Shown: piece by piece, positions 8,942-13,639 of the stretch
Numbering within the stretch: the first letter of the stretch is position 1
How the letters are laid out: every line of letters begins with the position of its first letter
Source of the DNA: a bacterium
GTDB taxonomy: Bacteria; SZUA-182; DTGQ01; JAFGSM01
DNA: 13,639 nt
Assembly (NCBI GenBank): GCA_049472335.1
Contig: JBLIRO010000110.1
Location: forward strand, 1 to 13,639
Direction of reading: 5' to 3'
Program-made: the position numbers and the translations under genes
Notes under the pieces: model-generated
Seen by the model: only the letters and a program-made list of their open reading frames with translations
Databases searched by the model: none
Told to the model about the DNA's origin: nothing

Positions 8942-11224
8942 ATGGCTGAAATTAAAGCGATTCTAAAAGAAGAAAAATATAGAATTTTGATTATGACTGT
9001 CCTTCTTACTGTGTCAGTCTTCTCAATTTACTATTTTCATCTGGTCAAACAAACTTCTGTTATATTTACTCATCTCTTTTATGTGCCAATTATTTTGGCA
9101 TGTCTCTGGTGGAATAAGAAAGGAATCTTTGTATCCCTTTTTCTGGCGGGAAATTTACTTTTTAGTCATGTTTTTTATGAATGGCATTTTGTGGATATAT
9201 TTGATGTTTTTCGATCTGTTATGTTTATAGCCGTTGCTATTTTGATTATCTGGCTAAGGGAAAAAAATATAAATGCACAAGAAGAAACTAAGCTGGCATA
9301 TGAAAAAATCAATCAAATATTCCGGACCACAGGGAATGGATTACGGGTAATTGACAGAAATTTCAAAATGATTCAGTTCAATGAAGGATTTTTACGGCTT
9401 TTGGGGCTTAAAAGAGAGGATGTGGTGGGTAAAAAGTGTTATGAAGTGTTTCGGGGACCACTTTGCCATACTCCTGAGTGTACGCTGAATCAGATCCTTA
9501 ATGGCAAGGAGCGCATTGAGTGTGACATAGAAAAACAACAGAATAACGGCACGAAAATATTTTGTATCCTGACCGCGACTCCCATACGAGGGTCGAATGG
9601 AGAAATAATAGGGATTGTCGAAGACCTTAAGGATATAACCGATCGTAAGATTGCTGAAGAGGCCTTACGGGAAAGCGAAGCAAGGTATCGTTCGTTTGCA
9701 AAAAACTTCAAAGGCATCATTTTTCAGGCTGATATCGATTTTAAACCAATATTTTATCATGGTGCCGTAAAGGCGATTACCGGTTATACACAAGAAGATC
9801 TCGTTTCAGAAAGAGCACATTGGGAGGATATTATACATGAGGATGACTTGCCAAATATGCGCGAAATCTCAAAGAAATTGAGAACAATCCCAAACTATTC
9901 AGTGGAACGTGAATATAGAATTTTACATAAAAACGGAGAGGTTCGATGGGTCGATGAGATTATCCAGAATATTTGTGATGAAACAGGGACGCCTATATTG
10001 ATTCAGGGTGTGCTTTATGACATCACCGAGAGAAAAGAGGCGGAGAATGCATTATTAAAAAGTGAGGAAAGGTTTCTGCAAGCCCAGAAGATGGAAGCAA
10101 TAGGGAGACTGGCAGGCGGGATAGCACATGATTTTAATAATCTTCTTACAATCATTACAGGAAACAGTGATCTTCTTATGGACGATTTTAATAAGGAAGA
10201 TCCAAGGCGCAATGATATCGAGGAGATATATAAAGCCGGGGAACGTGCCACAGCATTGACCCGCCAGCTTTTAGCATTTAGCAGAAGGCAGATGCTTCAG
10301 CCTAAGGTGCTGGATATAGCCGCGGTAGTAAGTGAAACAGAAAAGATGCTCAGGCGTATCATTGGTGAGGATATTGAATTGCTCGTAGTCCATGAACCAT
10401 TGCTCGGTCGCGTGAAGGCCGATCCCGGGCAGATTGTCCAGGTTATCATGAATCTGGCCGTTAACGCCCGTGATGCGATGCCGAAGGGGGGCAGGCTTAC
10501 AATCAGGACAGAAAATGTGACCCTGCATCCTGAAGAATGCAGGTTTATACCAGAGAGCCGGCCGGGAGGGTTTGTCTGCCTTTCATTTGAGGACACAGGG
10601 ATTGGCATGGATAAGGCAACCATTAGTCAGATCTTTGAGCCTTTTTTCAGCACAAAAGGCCCTGGCGAGGGTACAGGTCTGGGCTTATCTACTGTCTACG
10701 GAATCATCAAACAACATGAAGGATTCATAAATGTTTACAGTGAACCTGGGCAAGGCTCCGTATTCAAGGTTTACCTGCCTACCTTAAGTCTAAAACAGGA
10801 GGTAAAACCCAAAGATGCAGCATTATTAGAAAAATTTCAGGGCAATGGGGAAAAGATACTACTTGTGGAAGATGAAGAAGGGGTTCGCAAATTCGCCAGC
10901 AAGGCCCTAGCTAAAAATGGATATAACGTGTTTGAGGCTACAAGCGCAAAGGAAGCCCTCGATATTTTTGAAAAAGAAAAAGGTAATTTTCATATTATAT
11001 TAAGTGATGTTGTATTACCGGATCAAAACGGAATTCAGTTAATTGATCAGCTTCTGGCAAGGAATAACAGACTGATTGTACTCCTGAGCAGCGGATACAG
11101 TGATCAAAAATCGCAGTGGCCCCTGATTTACGAAAGAAATCTACGTTTTCTAAAAAAACCTTACACAACTCTCACCTTGCTCCAGGCAGTTAAGGCCGCT
11201 AAAAAAAGGTCAAACAATAAATAA
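8942..11224 (+). CDS. Membrane-bound PAS-PAS hybrid sensor histidine kinase with C-terminal receiver domain
   Basis: About 4 N-terminal hydrophobic segments, two PAS/PAC domains ending in DITDRK and DITERK, H-box LAGGIAHDFNNLL, N-box NLAVNARDAM, DTGIGM, FFSTK, GTGLGL, and receiver motifs LLVEDE / SDVVLP / SGY / KPY. Confidence 0.95.
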   Translation: MAEIKAILKEEKYRILIMTVLLTVSVFSIYYFHLVKQTSVIFTHLFYVPIILACLWWNKKGIFVSLFLAGNLLFSHVFYEWHFVDIFDVFRSVMFIAVAILIIWLREKNINAQEETKLAYEKINQIFRTTGNGLRVIDRNFKMIQFNEGFLRLLGLKREDVVGKKCYEVFRGPLCHTPECTLNQILNGKERIECDIEKQQNNGTKIFCILTATPIRGSNGEIIGIVEDLKDITDRKIAEEALRESEARYRSFAKNFKGIIFQADIDFKPIFYHGAVKAITGYTQEDLVSERAHWEDIIHEDDLPNMREISKKLRTIPNYSVEREYRILHKNGEVRWVDEIIQNICDETGTPILIQGVLYDITERKEAENALLKSEERFLQAQKMEAIGRLAGGIAHDFNNLLTIITGNSDLLMDDFNKEDPRRNDIEEIYKAGERATALTRQLLAFSRRQMLQPKVLDIAAVVSETEKMLRRIIGEDIELLVVHEPLLGRVKADPGQIVQVIMNLAVNARDAMPKGGRLTIRTENVTLHPEECRFIPESRPGGFVCLSFEDTGIGMDKATISQIFEPFFSTKGPGEGTGLGLSTVYGIIKQHEGFINVYSEPGQGSVFKVYLPTLSLKQEVKPKDAALLEKFQGNGEKILLVEDEEGVRKFASKALAKNGYNVFEATSAKEALDIFEKEKGNFHIILSDVVLPDQNGIQLIDQLLARNNRLIVLLSSGYSDQKSQWPLIYERNLRFLKKPYTTLTLLQAVKAAKKRSNNK

Positions 11225-11236
11225 GTAGAAGGTTTT

Positions 11237-12541
11237 CTACGGTTTGAGTGTCTTGCCGCTCCTGGTTTGGCCGGGTAATTTTCCCTTGCCGCTGCTGATA
11301 TCACATTCACAGACTACCGTAAATATTACGATTTCGAATGGATCATCACCCGCGACTTTATCGTTTCCATTAAAATTCGAGGTTGCCATCTCAGTATTTT
11401 GCGCAGAAGAAAAATCAACGGATTTATTTGATGGATTATATGTAACCGTCGCATTTACAGAGTAATCCTGAATGGTCAGAGTATTTCCATTGATGGCAGT
11501 CACATCTACCCAATGACCAAACTCCGGCCAATCATAAATCAACATCTTCAGGTTACAATCTTCATTCCATGCTTCAAGATTTGCCAGAGATGTATCACTT
11601 AGTTTGCCGGCACAATAGCGTTTACCGTTAGAAGACTGTGGGTGAATCTCTCCGAAATTTTCATTTACATTATCCACAAGCTTTGCACCTCGCTCGCCAA
11701 ACCAGTTTGAGTGATCGATAGCATCACCTATCTTATCCCAGGATCTGGGATTAGTCGTTACATCAGAAGGGAGAGAGCCGGGGAATGTCGTGATCATCGA
11801 GTGAATAAAAACACTCAGCCCGCAATAGTTATCATCGTGTTCTGCCCCTGAAGGCGGGGTCGGACCCCGCGTTGGTGATGGCATTGGAGATGGAGCGGCC
11901 TGGCCCGGAAAAAAGACCAGAGGTAATTCATTAATCATCATATAATTAAGAAAAGAGATGCCTTTTGTCATATCGTAATTGTATGTTTGCATGACGTAAT
12001 CGGCAAAAGCTTCTGTGCCGTATCCTCTGTCGTTGATCGGATCTCCGCCGGGAAAGGATATTATCGGGGAATAGATTATATTTTGTAACAGATTTTCTTG
12101 CGTAAAAACCTTTTTGGGATAATCAAAGGTTATTTGGGCCTCCAATTTAAGAATTCGGGTAGATACCTCTGTACGGCTGAATTTGATATAGTAGATCCCC
12201 TCTGGATTGACAAATTTAACAGCTCCGATATCAAAAAGTTCATGATATTGTTTATAAATCTTAACATTTGCCGTATCTGCCTCTTTGCCTCCCTGATTAT
12301 ATACCGTAACATTTACACTTTCGCTTTTGGAAAACATAACCGCTCCCGTAGCAGGCATAGGCAACCATAGAATTTTACTCGTTTCTCCGGGATTGAGAAC
12401 GATGTCCGGCTGAATTAGATACGCCCAAACAGGTTGTTTAAAATTATCATGTTTTTTCCCGGCTCTGGAACATGATCCTGTTACTGCCATTATCGCTAAT
12501 AATACACAAAGAAATTGTATTCTTCTATTGAAAAACGGCAT
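11237..12541 (-). CDS. Putative lipoprotein with Pro-rich linker and C-terminal papain-like (C39-like) cysteine peptidase domain
   Basis: Signal MPFFNRRIQFLCVLLAIMAVTGS|C after SD AAGGGGGG; linker PSPMPSPTRGPTPPSG; motifs DNYCG, FGHWVDV and LTIQD in papain-fold order. The CDS is well supported; the function is inferred. Confidence 0.6.
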   Translation of the reverse strand: MPFFNRRIQFLCVLLAIMAVTGSCSRAGKKHDNFKQPVWAYLIQPDIVLNPGETSKILWLPMPATGAVMFSKSESVNVTVYNQGGKEADTANVKIYKQYHELFDIGAVKFVNPEGIYYIKFSRTEVSTRILKLEAQITFDYPKKVFTQENLLQNIIYSPIISFPGGDPINDRGYGTEAFADYVMQTYNYDMTKGISFLNYMMINELPLVFFPGQAAPSPMPSPTRGPTPPSGAEHDDNYCGLSVFIHSMITTFPGSLPSDVTTNPRSWDKIGDAIDHSNWFGERGAKLVDNVNENFGEIHPQSSNGKRYCAGKLSDTSLANLEAWNEDCNLKMLIYDWPEFGHWVDVTAINGNTLTIQDYSVNATVTYNPSNKSVDFSSAQNTEMATSNFNGNDKVAGDDPFEIVIFTVVCECDISSGKGKLPGQTRSGKTLKP

Positions 12542-12590
12542 TGTACCCCCCTTCAAAAATTAATTGATTATAATGTTTCTCATGAAATTT

Positions 12591-12809
12591 TTATGAAGCC
12601 CATTTCATAGAAATTTTACGTTTAGATTGAACACAATCTCTTAAATACAAATTAATCAAATTTTGATATGGTATACCTGTTTCTTCAGATAATTTTTTAA
12701 AATAATCAATTATGTCTAAGCCCATTCGTATAGTAACCTGCTTTTTTAACTTTTTGGCATAAGGATTTTTACGCCCTTTCATTTTTGAGAAATCATATTC
12801 TTTTTTCAT
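12591..12809 (-). CDS. brnA: BrnA-family antitoxin (DUF4415-like)
   Basis: MKKEYDFSKMKGRKNPYAKKLKKQVTIRM...IDYFK...GIPYQNLINLYLRDC; 72 aa; SD GGAGG at 12819-12815. The longer ORF-track start is not the likely one. Confidence 0.88.
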   Translation of the reverse strand: MKKEYDFSKMKGRKNPYAKKLKKQVTIRMGLDIIDYFKKLSEETGIPYQNLINLYLRDCVQSKRKISMKWAS

Positions 12810-12936
12810 TTTTACCTCCAAAATATGTTTTTTGTTCTTTAAAAAAAACTGACTGTGCTTCTTCAAAAGAAATATTATGTTTCTTTTGATTGCTTGTATT
12901 TTTTCGATCATCCCATGAAAATGATATCGAATTCAT
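12793..12936 (-). pseudogene. brnT: BrnT toxin remnant with in-frame internal deletion (47 aa)
   Basis: Translates as MNSISFSWDDRKNTSNQKKHNISFEEAQSVFF|KEQKTYFGGKNEKRI*. The BrnT N-terminal signature (WD..KN..N..KH..SFEEA..VF) is fused to the C-terminal tail, and the central region with the RIISAR motif is absent. Not in the ORF track. Confidence 0.85.
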
Positions 12937-12971
12937 AATTACATTGTAAATATAACGTAATTGTAAGTCAA
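12937..12971 (-). promoter_or_regulatory. sigma70 promoter and operator of brnTA, probably leaderless
   Basis: TTGACT (12971-12966), 17 bp spacer, TACAAT (12948-12943), then 6 nt to the ATG with no SD. The palindrome TTACA-T-TGTAA (12939-12949) overlaps the -10. Confidence 0.72.
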
Positions 12972-13067
12972 GAAAATTTAAAAGGTGGGAACTGCTTCTA
13001 AATTAATTTCACCGGATAGGTCAGGGGCCTCTTGGCCCCAGTGAGTTGTTCGGCAATTTTTTTAATA

Positions 13068-13280
13068 TTAGCGCTTTACTGCTAATAGATTGGATTTCTG
13101 GTCAATAAGTTCAATTAACTCTTGAACAGCATTTACTGCGCTTTCTTCAAAATATGCCTCCCCACATTGACTACAAATCCAAGCGGGGACATTATCCAAT
13201 GTTAAATGACACCCTTTACGATCTACATGTAGAGGAGCGGTTCCCTTTTTCATAACTCCCTGGCAATGAATGCATTTCAT
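13068..13280 (-). CDS. YgiT-type zinc finger protein (MqsA N-terminal-like putative antitoxin)
   Basis: MKCIHCQG...NVPAWICSQCGEAYF with two CxxC pairs; 70 aa; starts 2 bp after the DUF4258 stop. Confidence 0.88.
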   Translation of the reverse strand: MKCIHCQGVMKKGTAPLHVDRKGCHLTLDNVPAWICSQCGEAYFEESAVNAVQELIELIDQKSNLLAVKR

Positions 13281-13282
13281 AA

Positions 13283-13580
13283 CTATTTCCTCTTCTTATA
13301 TCCCTTTTCCCATTCCTCCAAACTTGGAATATATGCTGTGATTATAGCAAGATAATCCTCTTTTGGCGAACATACAACATGGACAGGACGATTCTCATTA
13401 TCATATCCCATTATTAAACAACTATGTCCCCTTTGATCCATAGGATAATCTTCAACAATTTCGCCATATTTTATAATCTCACGCACGTCAGCCGGTGAGA
13501 TCATTCGATTTAGTCGCGACATTTGTCGAACGGCAGGGGAAGATACAATATTTTCTTTTTTGAAGAAAACAGGATTCGAT
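13283..13580 (-). pseudogene. DUF4258 family protein (putative toxin), frameshifted near the 5' end
   Basis: C-terminal part GEIVEDYP...GHSCLIMG...RPVHVVCSPKEDYLAIITAYIP...W. The upstream frame reads RILFSSKKKILYLP, then 2 nt (CT at 13536-13535), then AVRQMSR. One added base gives LPHAVRQM. The 5' boundary is approximate. Confidence 0.75.
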
Positions 13581-13639
13581 TGTCCCTGGTAACCGTTTCA
13601 TTAAAATTATTTTTACCATTTTCAGGTATGATGTTTATC

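Noticed and set aside
11225..11240. Hairpin GTAGAA-ggtt-TTCTAC between the convergent kinase and lipoprotein genes as a terminator
   Set aside because: Weak 6 bp stem with no U-tract on either side.
12810..12911. 34 aa N-terminal extension of BrnA in the ORF track
   Set aside because: It is an alternative frame of the brnT remnant; the SD-supported start is 12809.

Overview
AT-rich bacterial chromosomal window. The gene content looks like an anaerobic Desulfobacterota/Nitrospinae-type organism, but taxonomy is only a guess. Left: the 5' half of a class III ribonucleotide reductase gene (nrdD, minus strand) with a consensus sigma70 promoter and tandem NrdR boxes. Similarity to NrdD appears to stop abruptly after ...KGNTYFVF at 182, next to an inverted repeat, and is followed by a terminator and a structured-RNA-like segment. 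The ~0.7 kb divergent intergenic region carries a DnaA-box cluster (oriC- or DARS-like). Middle: a housekeeping run eno-ftsB-UDP-glucuronate decarboxylase-[160 bp IS66-type MITE with 8 bp target duplication]-galE-like epimerase-pyrR-pyrB-pyrC, then a PAS hybrid sensor kinase. Right (minus strand, accessory): a lipoprotein with a probable papain-like Cys-His-Asp domain, and two toxin-antitoxin modules (BrnT/BrnA and DUF4258/YgiT zinc finger) in which both toxins are damaged and both partner genes look intact. All calls come from reading the sequence; no searches were run.
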